64,000 bases of DNA from Planctomycetota bacterium (lineage in GTDB: Bacteria > Planctomycetota > PLA2 > JAEUHO01), in the NCBI GenBank assembly GCA_050248855.1, contig JBFWRP010000008.1, positions 64,001 to 128,000 on the forward strand, given 5' to 3'. The notes below the pieces were generated by a model. That model had not been told where the DNA came from and did not search any database. It was given only the letters and a program-made list of their open reading frames with translations. The translations under genes and the position numbers were made by a program. Shown one piece after another: positions 1 through 11,854 of this stretch (the stretch's first letter is position 1; each line of letters opens with the position of its first letter).

Positions 1-713
1 CGCCGGCGGGCGCCACCTTTGCCCGTCTGCCGAGCGCAGCGAGCGACGCCGCGTCGTACCGGGGTTGGGCACGTGACCTGAAGGAGCACGCCTACCGCGA
101 CGCCACGCTCGCGCGCTGGCGCTGCGAGAGCCTCGAGGCCTGGTCCGACGCCGGCGAGTCCGAAGGTGACTTCCGGACGCGGCTGCGCCACCTGTTGCGC
201 GAGCAGCGCGACCTCGAGGTCGAGAAGCTCAAGCAGTCCTACGGCACGAAGGTCGAACGCCTGGAGGAGCGCCTGCGCAAGGCCGAGCAGCGCCTGGCGA
301 AGGAGGAAGCCCAGTACGAGGACAGCAAGCGCGGATCGTGGCTGAAGGTGGGCGAGACGATCCTGGGTGCCGTGCTCGGACGCAGGCGCATTGGCGTCGG
401 CACGATCGGCAAGGCCCAGACGGCGGCACGCGGAATGGGGCGCTCGCGCAAGGAGAAGCTCGACGTCGAGCAGGCCGAGGAGGATGTCGGCAACGTCAAG
501 GAGGAGATGGAGGCGCTGGAGCAGGCCTTCGAGAGCGACCTCGAGGAGATCCGCGCGCGCCTGGACGAGGACAAGCTGGAAATCTCCGACGCGGCGATGA
601 AGCCGCGCAAGAGCGACATCGAGGTCGAGGACGTGGTCCTGGCGTGGACGCCGTGGCGGGTACGCGAGGACGGCACGGCCGAAGCGGCCTACACGGTGCG
701 CCCGCTCGCATGA
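1..713 (+). CDS. Partial (5'-truncated) ATP-binding protein, C-terminal coiled-coil region (HerA/DUF87-like family)
   Basis: Frame is open from nt 3 (PAGATFARLP...GESEGDFRTRL) through a coiled coil to ...VLAWTPWR; stop overlaps the next ATG (ATGA). The ATPase domain itself lies outside the window. Confidence 0.55.
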   Translation, partial: PAGATFARLPSAASDAASYRGWARDLKEHAYRDATLARWRCESLEAWSDAGESEGDFRTRLRHLLREQRDLEVEKLKQSYGTKVERLEERLRKAEQRLAKEEAQYEDSKRGSWLKVGETILGAVLGRRRIGVGTIGKAQTAARGMGRSRKEKLDVEQAEEDVGNVKEEMEALEQAFESDLEEIRARLDEDKLEISDAAMKPRKSDIEVEDVVLAWTPWRVREDGTAEAAYTVRPLA

Positions 714-1857
714 CCGAGGCCCCGCCGCCCCCGCGCGAGGCCGCGGCGCCCCTGCCGGCGCTCGTGTCCCTGGGCTTGTTGGTGGCGCTGGCCGTGGGCG
801 TCGGCGTGTTCGCCCTCGCCCGACCGGCGGCCCCGCCCGAGGCGGCCCGCCGCGTGACGGGCGGCGTCGAGACCGGGCTGGTGGAGGACGTGCTCACGGG
901 CCGCCCGACGGACGCGATGGGCCGCCCCGTCGCGCTCACCGAGGGCCTGGGCAGCCCGGAGCAGCCGCTGCGCCTGCGCTTCGTGCCGTCGGCGGAACAG
1001 AGCGAGGCCCTGGCCACGATCGAGCGCCTGGTGGCGTGGCTGGAGGAGCGGACGGGCTACGCCCTCGAGGGCCGCATCCTCAACAGCTACGGCCTCGTCA
1101 TCGAGGAGCTCGTGCAGGGACGCTGCGACGTGGCGTTCCTCACCGCGGCCTCGTACGCACGCGCACGCTTCGCCACCGACGGCAACGACGATCCCGACGA
1201 CGACATCGTGGCCTTCCTCGGCGCCGTGCGGCACGGCTCGCCCGAGTACCCGGGAAGCGACCTCGCCTACCGCGCGGCGCTGCTCGTCAGGGCCGACAGC
1301 CCCCTCCGGAACCTGGACGACTTGAAGGACGGCGTGCGCGTGGCCATGGGCTCGCCTACCTCGGGGGCGAGCTCGATCCTGCCCTCGGCCCTCTTCCAGC
1401 GCCGCGGCATCGAGCCCGAGATCACGCGCTACGGCGGCGGCTACCCCTTGATCGTCGAAGCGGTGCTCCAGGGCGCCGTCGATGTGGGCTGCATCTGGTG
1501 GTCGGCGCCCAACGACGACAACCCGCAGAACGACGCGCGCATCACCGCGCGGGCCTCGCACCCCGACATCTTCGAGACGACGCGGCTCGTCGGCTTCACC
1601 GAGTGGATCCCCAACGAGCCGGTCGTGGCGCGCGCCAGCGTGCCCGAGGCCGTACGGCACACGCTGGCCCGGGCCCTCTGCCTCTACATCGCCACGCGCG
1701 TCGTCACCGAGGAGGGCCGTCGCGAGCTGGAGGCCGTCGGCAGCCTGATCGGCTACGTGCCGGCCACGAACGAGGACTTCGAGCCGCTGCTGCAGGTCAT
1801 CCAGCGCGCGTTCGCCAACGACCCGGAAGGCTGGGCCGACTTCCAGCGGAGTCGCAA

Positions 1858-1861
<4 letters not shown>
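710..1861 (+). CDS. phnD: Phosphate/phosphite/phosphonate ABC transporter substrate-binding protein
   Basis: LRLRFVPS, DVAFL, YRAALLVRADS, GSPTSGASS, IPNEPVV motifs; N-terminal TM anchor; ATGA coupling upstream and GTGA coupling downstream. Confidence 0.85.
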
Positions 1862-2627
<766 letters not shown>

Positions 2628-2631
<4 letters not shown>

Positions 2632-3890
2632 GCGGGCGCGGGGCAGCGCTGGAGGGCACGTGGAACCGCGCGGTGGCGCGCGGCGGGGCCTACGTGCTGG
2701 ACGCGTTGCTCATGGCCTACGTGCTGTGGACGCTCCACGCCCTGGGGTTCGGCGCGGCCGGCGGCGAGGGTCTGCTTGCGCGCTTTCCCCTGTTGCTCGG
2801 GCTCGCACCCGTGCTGGCGGCGCTGGCCCAGGGCGTGGGCGCCAGCGTGGGCTTCCTCGCCTTCGACCTCGAGCCGCGCGATGGCACGGGGCGGCGCGCC
2901 TCGGACGACCGGCGCTTGGCGGGCTCGCTGGTGACGGCGCTGGGCGGCGTTGCCGTCGTGGCGACCGCCGCGTGGCACGGGCTGCCCGGGGCGCTGGGGG
3001 TGGCCTTGGTGGCCGCGCTGGTCCCGCCGTTCGTGCTGGACGGACGGTCGCTCCCCGAGCGGCTGGGCGGGTTCGTCGTGGAGCGCCGCCGGCGCGACGA
3101 CGCGGTCGACGTGCTGCCCTGGTACCGCCGCCCCGGCGTGGCCCTCACGCTGCTCGTGCTCGGGCTCACGTTCGCGGTGGGGGCGCGCATCGTGGGGTTC
3201 GCCCCGGGACGGCTGTTCGAGGACAGCCAGAGCGTGCGGCGGCTCGTGCAGGACCTGCTCGACTTCGACTTCTCCATCGTGCCCGCCGTCATCGAGCGCA
3301 TGGTCGAGACGATCTTCGTGGCGCTGCTGGCCTCGGCGTTGGCCTTGCCGTTCGCGTTCGGGGTGGCGTTCGTGGGCGCGCGCAACCTCACGCGCGGCAG
3401 CCTCGCAGGCAAGGGCGGCTATGCCCTGGCGCGCCTGCTGATGAACGTGACGCGGTCGATCGAGCCGCTCGTGTGGGTCATCATCTTCTCGATCTGGGTG
3501 GGAGTGGGCGCATTCGCGGGCCTGCTCGCGCTGTGGGTGCATAGCATCGCGGCCTTGGGCAAGCTCTACAGCGAGGCCATCGAGGACATCGACCCCGGCC
3601 CCATGGAGGCGTTGCAGGCCACGGGCGCGAAGCCGCTCGCCGTCTTGCGTTACGGGGTGGTCCCGCAAGTGGTGCCGCCGTTCCTCGGCTTCACCGTGTA
3701 CCGCTGGGACATCAACGTCCGCATGGCCACCATCCTCGGCCTTGTCGGCGGCGGGGGCATCGGCGACCGTCTGATCTACTACCAGCAGGTGGGCCAGTGG
3801 CCCAAGGTGGGAACCATCCTCCTCTTCATCACCGGCGTCGTCTGGCTCATGGACCTCGCCAGCAGCAAGGTCCGCGAGCGCTTGCTGTAG
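2628..3890 (+). CDS. phnE: Phosphonate ABC transporter permease with N-terminal membrane (RDD-like) extension
   Basis: LGKLYSEAIEDIDPGP, YRWDINVRMATILGLVGGGGIG; about 170 extra hydrophobic N-terminal residues. Confidence 0.88.
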
Positions 3891-3985
3891 GCGCGCGGCT
3901 GCGTTCGCCGTGCGGGAGCGCGGAACGATACTCTTCGTGCTCCGCCTGCACTCGGATCCCGAGCTGCAACGTCCGCCCGCCGTCG

Positions 3986-4075
3986 ACCGCGCCCCCTACG
4001 TGTCAGGCACCTTGCCCACGTTGCCGCTTTGCGGCGCCGCGGCAAGGGTCCTGACACGTTCGGGGTCGCTCACGC
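3986..4075. repeat. Palindromic REP-like repeat, family C, copy 1
   Basis: Arms CGTGTCAGGCACCTTGC (3999-4015) / GCAAGGGTCCTGACACG (4042-4058); near-identical inverted copy at 22955-23045. Confidence 0.8.
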
Positions 4076-4167
4076 AGCGGCGTCCGCTCGGTACGTCATC
4101 GTCGGCGGTAGCGGCTTGGCCGTGTTCACCTCGGGCATCTTCGGGGGGAGGGTACGTTCGGGTTGCT

Positions 4168-4440
4168 TCAAGCATCCGGGTGACGCGCGAGCCAGGTGCC
4201 GACGTAGCTGCAGCTGCCCTGGAGGTCGGCTCCGGCCGCGCGCGCGGCGGCCACGAAGGCGCGCACGAGCCGATCGGCGACGCCCTTCCCGCGGCCCTCC
4301 GGCGGAACGAACGTGTGCACGGCATCCCAGACCGGGCGCGCACCCTTCGCGCGCACGACATAGTCCAGGTGGGCCGAGGCACCGCCCAGGGGCAGCACGA
4401 ACCGCTTGGCCGCGGGGTCGTGGACGATGTCGTCGCTCAT
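4168..4440 (-). CDS. Small GNAT family N-acetyltransferase (YjdJ-like)
   Basis: HTFVPPEGRGKGVA and SCSYV motifs; 90 aa. Confidence 0.85.
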   Translation of the reverse strand: MSDDIVHDPAAKRFVLPLGGASAHLDYVVRAKGARPVWDAVHTFVPPEGRGKGVADRLVRAFVAAARAAGADLQGSCSYVGTWLARHPDA

Positions 4441-4517
4441 CGGGGCTCCGGGTATCGCCGGACAGGTCGGCGGCCTCGTAGCCTACAAGGCCGTCCGAGG
4501 GCCCAGGAGACCCCGAC

Positions 4518-5267
4518 ATGAGCGCCACCGTCCACATCGTCCTTGGCGTCCTGTTCCTCGCCGCGGGTGCGTACGCCACGTGGACGATGCTCGAGCTGTT
4601 CGGCGGCCAGGCAGGCGCGGAGGGCAAGGACCGTGCCACGGTCCGCCATCGTTGGGCCGGGCGCGTCTTCGGCATCCTCTACGTGATCCTCCTGGCGTCA
4701 ATGCTGTCCAAGGTGCGCGGCGCCGGCGGGCTTGGCGCCACGCAGGCGCTGCACGCCATGCTGGGCCTGTCGATCGCCCCGCTGCTGCTGGTCAAGCTCG
4801 TGATCGCGCGGCGCCACAAGTCGCTGCACCGGATCCTGCCCGGCTTCGGCATCACGCTGTTCCTGCTGGCCTTCGCGACGGTGGCCACCGGAGCGCTGCC
4901 GCGCTGGCAGCGGAGCGGCACGAGCGAGGCCTGGGAATCGGTCGCGGAGGGCGACCTGGCCAGCGTCGGCGCACGGTTGTCCCAATCACGCTGTACGGCC
5001 TGCCATGACCTCGGTCGCGTCGAGGCGCAGAAGGGCCGGTTGGATGCGGCGGGCTGGGCGCAGGTCTTCGAGCGCATGGCGAAACGGGATCCGAGCCTTC
5101 GCGAGGTGCGTGGTCCCATCTTGGCGTGGCTCGAACGCGACTTCGCCGCCGCGGCCGGCACCGTGCCGGCAGGGGGCGGTACGGGCGGCGGCGATGACGA
5201 CGGAGGAACCGACGACGACGGTCGGGGGCGCGGTCGCGGCCGTGGCCGCGGCGGGGATGATCGGTAG
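4518..5267 (+). CDS. Membrane-anchored c-type cytochrome
   Basis: Four TM helices with intramembrane His (HRWAG, HAMLG), CxxCH (CTACH), distal Met (RMAKR); SD AGGAG; Gly/Asp/Arg-rich tail. Confidence 0.7.
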   Translation: MSATVHIVLGVLFLAAGAYATWTMLELFGGQAGAEGKDRATVRHRWAGRVFGILYVILLASMLSKVRGAGGLGATQALHAMLGLSIAPLLLVKLVIARRHKSLHRILPGFGITLFLLAFATVATGALPRWQRSGTSEAWESVAEGDLASVGARLSQSRCTACHDLGRVEAQKGRLDAAGWAQVFERMAKRDPSLREVRGPILAWLERDFAAAAGTVPAGGGTGGGDDDGGTDDDGRGRGRGRGRGGDDR

Positions 5268-5279
5268 CGGGTGCGGCGC

Positions 5280-5377
5280 GTACGGAGTCGGGTGAGATTC
5301 CACCTTCGGGCCGCCATGCCCAGGCGCCGGCGGTAGCGCGTCCCGGCCCGAAGGTGGAATCTCACCCGACTCCGTAC
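5280..5377. repeat. GTAC-terminated 98-bp palindromic repeat, family A, copy 1
   Basis: Perfect 34-bp arms GTACGGAGTCGGGTGAGATTCCACCTTCGGGCCG (5280-5313) and reverse complement (5344-5377). Confidence 0.92.
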
Positions 5378-5454
5378 TGGCCCCCCCGACTCACCCGCTT
5401 CCCTATGACACGCCCGTTCTTGGGCGGCCCATGAGCCTGCGCTAGACTCTGCGC

Positions 5455-5613
5455 ACCATCTGGAGTGGCTGCCCTGACGGGGCAGTCCGGCAACCTGGGC
5501 GGACGAACCCAAGGTGCCCGCCCCCGCGGTTTGGCGCGTGCTTGCACGAGTCGACGCGGGGGGATGTGGCGAGCTCGCGGCCGACGGCCGCGAGCACGCA
5601 ACGAAGCGTCCGA
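5455..5613 (+). ncRNA. SAM riboswitch, SAM-I/IV variant (predicted)
   Basis: P1 CATC(5457-60)/GATG(5563-66); ATCnnGAG; P2 hairpin 5467-5487; GGCAACC(5489-95)...AGGTGCC(5512-18); P4 5521-28/5555-62; P5 5573-95; L3 CGGACG(5500-05) complementary to CGTCCG(5607-12), i.e. PK-2; TAGACT -10 at 5443-48. Confidence 0.8.
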
Positions 5614-5694
5614 CATGCTGATCCTTGCGGTCCACCAAGCCGCACGGCGTGTCCTCCGGATCGGTGCCCGCGTCCCCGCTTCCGGAGTCCGTCG

Positions 5695-5949
5695 ATGTCC
5701 AACGCCCTCGCCGTGCGGGCGCAGCGTCACCTGGCTGCCCTCCCGCCGATCGACCCCGACCACCACCTCTGGCGCAACGGCCGCCTCTGGTGGATCGCCA
5801 TGACCGTGGAGAGCGCGGACGGTGAGCGCTGGCGGGTACGCCGGTCGCTCAAGACGGCCGACTTGGAAGAAGCCCGCCGCCGGCGTGATGCCCTGATCGA
5901 ACGGGCCCGCGGCATGGACGCCTTCCGTCTCGCCGGGAGCTTGGCCTAG
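5695..5949 (+). CDS. Small hypothetical protein with integrase-arm-like three-stranded DNA-binding fold
   Basis: DHHLWRNGRLWW...RVRRSLKTADLEEARRRRDALI; SD GGAG. Confidence 0.65.
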   Translation: MSNALAVRAQRHLAALPPIDPDHHLWRNGRLWWIAMTVESADGERWRVRRSLKTADLEEARRRRDALIERARGMDAFRLAGSLA

Positions 5950-5953
5950 CCCC

Positions 5954-6049
5954 GTACGGAGGCGGGAAAAGCTGTTGCAAGGTGCCTCGCCGGGCCCCGC
6001 CCCAGGGGCTCGCATCGGCACCCCGCAACAACTTTTCCCGCCTCCGTTG
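5954..6049. repeat. GTACGGAGGCGGG palindromic repeat, family B, copy 1
   Basis: Arms 5956-5986 / 6017-6047 (imperfect inverted repeat). Confidence 0.8.
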
Positions 6050-6089
6050 GCGTGGCGGCTAACCTGTTTCCCTCCTCCCGGAGACCGCC

Positions 6090-6947
6090 ATGCGCCGCCT
6101 GTTTGCCCTCCTCACCCTGGTCGCGGCCGCCGCCGTGGCGCTGCCCGTCTGGTCCGACGAGGGCACGCCGCCCGCGGCCAAGCCCACGCGCCCCCGCGCG
6201 CTGGTGAAGACCTCCATGGGCGACTTCACGCTGGAGCTGTTCGCCGACGAAGCGCCGAAGACCGTCGAGAACTTCTTGGGCCTGGCCGAAGGCACGAAGC
6301 TGTGGAAGAACCCGATGACCGGAGAGGAGCAGCGCAAGCCCTTCTTCGACGGCCTTGCGTTCCACCGCGTCATCGACGGCTTCATGATCCAGGGCGGCTG
6401 CCCGCTGGGCAACGGCATGGGTGGCCCCGGCTACTCCTTCGAGGACGAGATCAACGCCGACTGCCTGGGCTTGGACAAGATCAAGTTCATGGGCGCGGGT
6501 GGCCAGCCCCACGCCTGGGCCGGCATCCGCAGCCAGCAGGACTTCGCCCAGGTGTTCGTCCAGCCATGGCTGGCTTCGCAGGGCATCACCTCGCAGGCCG
6601 AGATCGAAGCCCGCGCGCAGGAGCTTGACGCCAAGCTCAAGGACACGCTCGAAACGATCACGCTGAAGGGCGTCTATGAGCTGCAGGGCTACAAGTACAG
6701 CACCGCGTTCCAGAGCAGCAAGCCCGTCAAGGGCGTGATCGCCATGGCCAACAGCGGCCCCAACACGAACGGCTCGCAGTTCTTCGTGAACCTGGAGGAC
6801 ACGCCGCATCTCACGGGCAAGCACACCGTGTTCGGCCGTGTCGTCGAGGGCATGGACGTCGTCGAGAAGATCGGCAAGGTCAAGGTGGGCCCCGGCGCCA
6901 AGCCGCTTACGCCCGTCACCATCACCTCCATCCGTCGCCTGCCCTGA
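6090..6947 (+). CDS. Exported cyclophilin-type peptidyl-prolyl isomerase
   Basis: [43 protein letters not shown]; signal peptide; ~70-aa helical insert. Confidence 0.93.
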   Translation: MRRLFALLTLVAAAAVALPVWSDEGTPPAAKPTRPRALVKTSMGDFTLELFADEAPKTVENFLGLAEGTKLWKNPMTGEEQRKPFFDGLAFHRVIDGFMIQGGCPLGNGMGGPGYSFEDEINADCLGLDKIKFMGAGGQPHAWAGIRSQQDFAQVFVQPWLASQGITSQAEIEARAQELDAKLKDTLETITLKGVYELQGYKYSTAFQSSKPVKGVIAMANSGPNTNGSQFFVNLEDTPHLTGKHTVFGRVVEGMDVVEKIGKVKVGPGAKPLTPVTITSIRRLP

Positions 6948-6952
6948 CGCGG

Positions 6953-7600
6953 ATGGGCAGCGTCGACGTCGCGCTGCCCGCCGGGCGCCCGCTGCCGCGC
7001 AAGGTCGAACGCTTCCTCGACCGGGCAGAAGACGTGCGCTCGGCGTGGTTCGAGTCCACCTCCAGCGTCCACCGCCCCGGCTTCGTCGCCAGTGACCCGG
7101 TCGCCGTGTGGACGGCGCTCTCGGCGATTGCCGACGCGCACCTCGCCCCGGGGCCCGTGTTCTGCGAGTGGGGCAGCGGGCTCGGCGTGGCGACGGCCTT
7201 GGCGGCGTACCTCGGCTTTGACGCCTACGGCATCGAGGTGGACCCCGAGCTGGTCGAGGCGGCCGTGGAGCTGTGCGCGGACTTCGCGCCGGAAGCCCGC
7301 TTCGAAGTGGGCTCGTTCCTCCCCGAGGACACCGAGATCGAAGGCGTGCTCGGCGAAGAGCTCGACTGGCTCGACACGTCCGCGGCGCCCGCCTACGAGG
7401 ACATGGGCTTGGAGGTGGACGAGATCGACCTCGTGTACGCCTACCCGTGGCCCGGCGAAGAGTTCGCGGTGTACGAGTGCTTCGAGCAGCACGCCGCCGA
7501 CGGCGCCCTGCTCCTCACGTGGCACGGCCTCGAAGGCATGAAGCTGAGGCGCAAGGCCAGCGAGCGGCGCCGACGGGCCGGTCGCGGCCGCCGGCGCTGA
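6953..7600 (+). CDS. Class I SAM-dependent methyltransferase
   Basis: FCEWGSGLG motif I, YGIEVD, LVYAYPWPGE. Confidence 0.8.
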   Translation: MGSVDVALPAGRPLPRKVERFLDRAEDVRSAWFESTSSVHRPGFVASDPVAVWTALSAIADAHLAPGPVFCEWGSGLGVATALAAYLGFDAYGIEVDPELVEAAVELCADFAPEARFEVGSFLPEDTEIEGVLGEELDWLDTSAAPAYEDMGLEVDEIDLVYAYPWPGEEFAVYECFEQHAADGALLLTWHGLEGMKLRRKASERRRRAGRGRRR

Positions 7601-7606
7601 AGACGG

Positions 7607-8758
7607 CTACTTGCCCGTGGCTTGCCCGGTGCCCTGCTCCGACGCGTCCGGCTCGTCGGGCGACGTCACGTCCACGGGCTCCTCGACGACGGCTTCGCCG
7701 AGTGCCTTCAAGAGCTTGAAGCGGGGGCCTAGCCAGTCCGTGCGGAGCAGGCTCCCGTAGCGGCCCGCGCTCTCGTCGGCGCGGCGGCGTGCCTCGAGGC
7801 GGCCGGAGCGCAGCTTCACGAGATGCGCGTCGAGCGCAGCGCGACCCGGGTCGGCCGGGTCGACCGCGGCCACGTGACGATGCAGGCGGTCTTCCTCGAC
7901 AGCCTGCAGCGTGGCCACGAGCGTGCGCACGCTCAAGAGCATCACGCCGAGCTCGTCGACGCGTTCGCCGATCGCCGCCTCGTAGGCCGCCGCGGCATCG
8001 GCCAGGAGCGCGGCGTTCTGCCGCGCGATCTCGCGTCGGCGCCACGCCTCCTCACGGCGCGCGAGCTCGAACTGCAGGCGGGCGAGGAACGCCCGGTAGG
8101 CATGGACCTCGTCCGGCCACGCCACGTGGTGGCCGAGCAGCAAGCGACGGTTCAGCTCGCGCTCGTAGGCGAACAGGCCGAGGGCCTCGATCGGGTAGCC
8201 CTCCGGCGCCAGGCCCGCGGGCTGGTCCAGGCCCAAGCCGAACGGGCTCGTGATCTTCACGTTGGACTTCATGTATCCGTCGAGCGCACCGGCCAGCCCG
8301 GCGTGCAGGGCCGCGGCCTCGCGGATGAAGCGCGGCCACTGGTCGCTCGCGATGCCGATGGCGCGGTGCGTGTCGGGCTCGACCTCGAAGCGCACGTCGC
8401 GGCCCATCTCGGTGAGCGCCTGCTTGAGGCGCGGCAGGCGCGGCTTGATGGCCGCGACCCAGATGTCGTAGAGCGCGTGGTCCGTCGCCGTGCGGCGGGG
8501 GACCTGCGCAATGTGGTCAAGCTGCACGACGAGGCTGGCGTGCACGTCGCGGAAGTCGAAGCCCGCAGCCGGGTCGACAACGCCCGGGGGGAGCCCTTCG
8601 CCCGGTGGCACGTCGTCGGCTGCGACCGGGGGCGGCGGCGCGTCGGGAAGCGCGGGCGGGGGCGGCGCGACCGGCTCGTCCTCGGCCCCGGCGCGTCCGC
8701 CCGACACCGCGAGGGTCAAGGCCAGGGCGAGGGGGCCAAGCAGCAGGTGGGCGCGCAT
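7607..8758 (-). CDS. Exported hypothetical alpha-helical protein (paralog A)
   Basis: SD GGAGGT, signal peptide, collinear similarity to 8962-10062. Confidence 0.75.
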   Translation of the reverse strand: MRAHLLLGPLALALTLAVSGGRAGAEDEPVAPPPPALPDAPPPPVAADDVPPGEGLPPGVVDPAAGFDFRDVHASLVVQLDHIAQVPRRTATDHALYDIWVAAIKPRLPRLKQALTEMGRDVRFEVEPDTHRAIGIASDQWPRFIREAAALHAGLAGALDGYMKSNVKITSPFGLGLDQPAGLAPEGYPIEALGLFAYERELNRRLLLGHHVAWPDEVHAYRAFLARLQFELARREEAWRRREIARQNAALLADAAAAYEAAIGERVDELGVMLLSVRTLVATLQAVEEDRLHRHVAAVDPADPGRAALDAHLVKLRSGRLEARRRADESAGRYGSLLRTDWLGPRFKLLKALGEAVVEEPVDVTSPDEPDASEQGTGQATGK

Positions 8759-8961
8759 GGGGACCTCCGGGGCGGGGGCGACGACGGCCAAAGGATACGG
8801 GACCGCAAACCCCGGACCGCCGCCATGGGTCCGGAACATGGGGCCCTCTGGCCTGCGCGTCCCTCTCCGACCACGCGCGTGTCCCCCCATGAGGTCAGGG
8901 CCGTGCCGAGGTGGCACCGGCACGACCGTGGAGGCGTGGGGCAGGTCCGGGCGTCGGGGGG

Positions 8962-10062
8962 TCAGTTGGCCGCGGACGGCGTGGTGGGCGTGTCCTGGAC
9001 CGGTTCGTCGACGTCTTCCGCCGCCCCGCCGAGCGCGCTTCGCAGGTCTCGGCGGGGGGCCAGCCAGTCGTTGCGCAGCAGGCTGCCGTAGCGACCCGCA
9101 TCGGCCAGCGTGAGGCGTTGGGCATCCAAGCGTGCCTTGCGCAAGGCAGCCAGCTTCGCGTGGAGCTCGACACGGGCGTCCTCGTCGAGGTCGGCCGCAT
9201 CGACGAGCTCGTGAAGCCTGTCCTCCTCGACGCTCTGCACCACGGCGACATACGTGCGCAGACCCAGCAGGAGCAGGGAGATGTCCTCGACACGCTCCGC
9301 GAGCGCGGCGTCGTACCGTGCGGCGGCCTGATCGACGATCTCCTCGGCCGTGGGTCCGTGGTCGCGCGGGTCGTTGCTTCCACGACGCAGCAGCTCGGCG
9401 TTCAAGCGGCTGGCCAGCGCACGGTAGGCACGCACTTCGTCGGCCCACGCGACGCGGCGGGCGCGTAGTCGGCGCGACAGCTCGCTCGCGTAGCCGCGAA
9501 AGCCCAGCTCGTCCAGGTACACGTCGTCGGGTACACGCTCGGCGGGCTTGTCGATACCATGGCCGAGGGGAAGCGTGAGCCTGACGTCGGCCTCGCGGTA
9601 GCCGTCGATCATGCCGACGAGCAAGGCCTGGGCGGCGGCCGCATCGCGCACGAAACCCGACCACTCGTCGGGCGCCATGCCCAGCGTGCGCCGGGTCGAC
9701 GGGTCGATGGCCCAGCGGGCCTCGTCACCCAGGAACGCCATGGCCGGCTTGAGGCGTGCCATGCGCGGTCGTACCACGGCGTACCAGACGTCGTAGAGGC
9801 CGTGGTCCGTCTCGGTGCGGGCCGGCATGTCGATGACGCGCTCGACCTGGGCCATCAGGGCTTGGTGCAAGCCACGGAAGTCGACGGCGGACAGTCCTTC
9901 GTCGGCGCGTATCAGCACGTCGTGGGTGTCCTTGGGCTGGTCCGCGGCCGCCGCATCCGGCACGGGAGCGGGGGGCGTGTCGTCGGCGTGGGCGCCAAGC
10001 GTGGCTGGCGCCAGGACCAGCGCAAGGACCAACGGGCGGATGCAAGGCGTGGGGCGGGACAT
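8962..10062 (-). CDS. Exported hypothetical alpha-helical protein (paralog B)
   Basis: SD GGAGG, signal peptide, shared TDHxLYDxW and AGRYGSLLRxDWL motifs. Confidence 0.75.
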   Translation of the reverse strand: MSRPTPCIRPLVLALVLAPATLGAHADDTPPAPVPDAAAADQPKDTHDVLIRADEGLSAVDFRGLHQALMAQVERVIDMPARTETDHGLYDVWYAVVRPRMARLKPAMAFLGDEARWAIDPSTRRTLGMAPDEWSGFVRDAAAAQALLVGMIDGYREADVRLTLPLGHGIDKPAERVPDDVYLDELGFRGYASELSRRLRARRVAWADEVRAYRALASRLNAELLRRGSNDPRDHGPTAEEIVDQAAARYDAALAERVEDISLLLLGLRTYVAVVQSVEEDRLHELVDAADLDEDARVELHAKLAALRKARLDAQRLTLADAGRYGSLLRNDWLAPRRDLRSALGGAAEDVDEPVQDTPTTPSAAN

Positions 10063-10172
10063 GGGAGCCTCCGGGCGTGCAGGAAGGAAGGTGCACGGGA
10101 GACGGCGCAAGCCGCGGTCCGATGCGTGCGCGCTGGCGGATGCGGGCGCCAGGGACACGGAAGCGTGCGCGA

Positions 10173-11618
<1,446 letters not shown>

Positions 11619-11648
11619 GCGCCGCATGGTAGCGCGCACGGTCGTGCG

Positions 11649-11746
11649 GTACGGAGTCGGGTGAGATTGCACCTTCGGGGTGCCATGCGCTCCCGCTGGC
11701 GCCTGCTCGTAGCGGCCCGAAGGTGGAATCTCACCCGACTCCGTAC
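11649..11746. repeat. GTAC-terminated 98-bp palindromic repeat, family A, copy 2
   Basis: Same arms and length as 5280-5377; lies between divergent genes. Confidence 0.92.
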
Positions 11747-11854
11747 TGTGCGTCTCTCGCTTGGGGTCAGACCCCGGCCCACCTCTCCCCGTCCTCGGCT
11801 TGAGCGGGTCGGCGCGAACGGCACCATGGCGGTACCCACGTACGGAGGAACCCC

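Noticed and set aside
5200..5265. DDDGRGRGRGRG tail of the cytochrome gene as a repeat element
   Set aside because: Low-complexity coding tail, not a separate element
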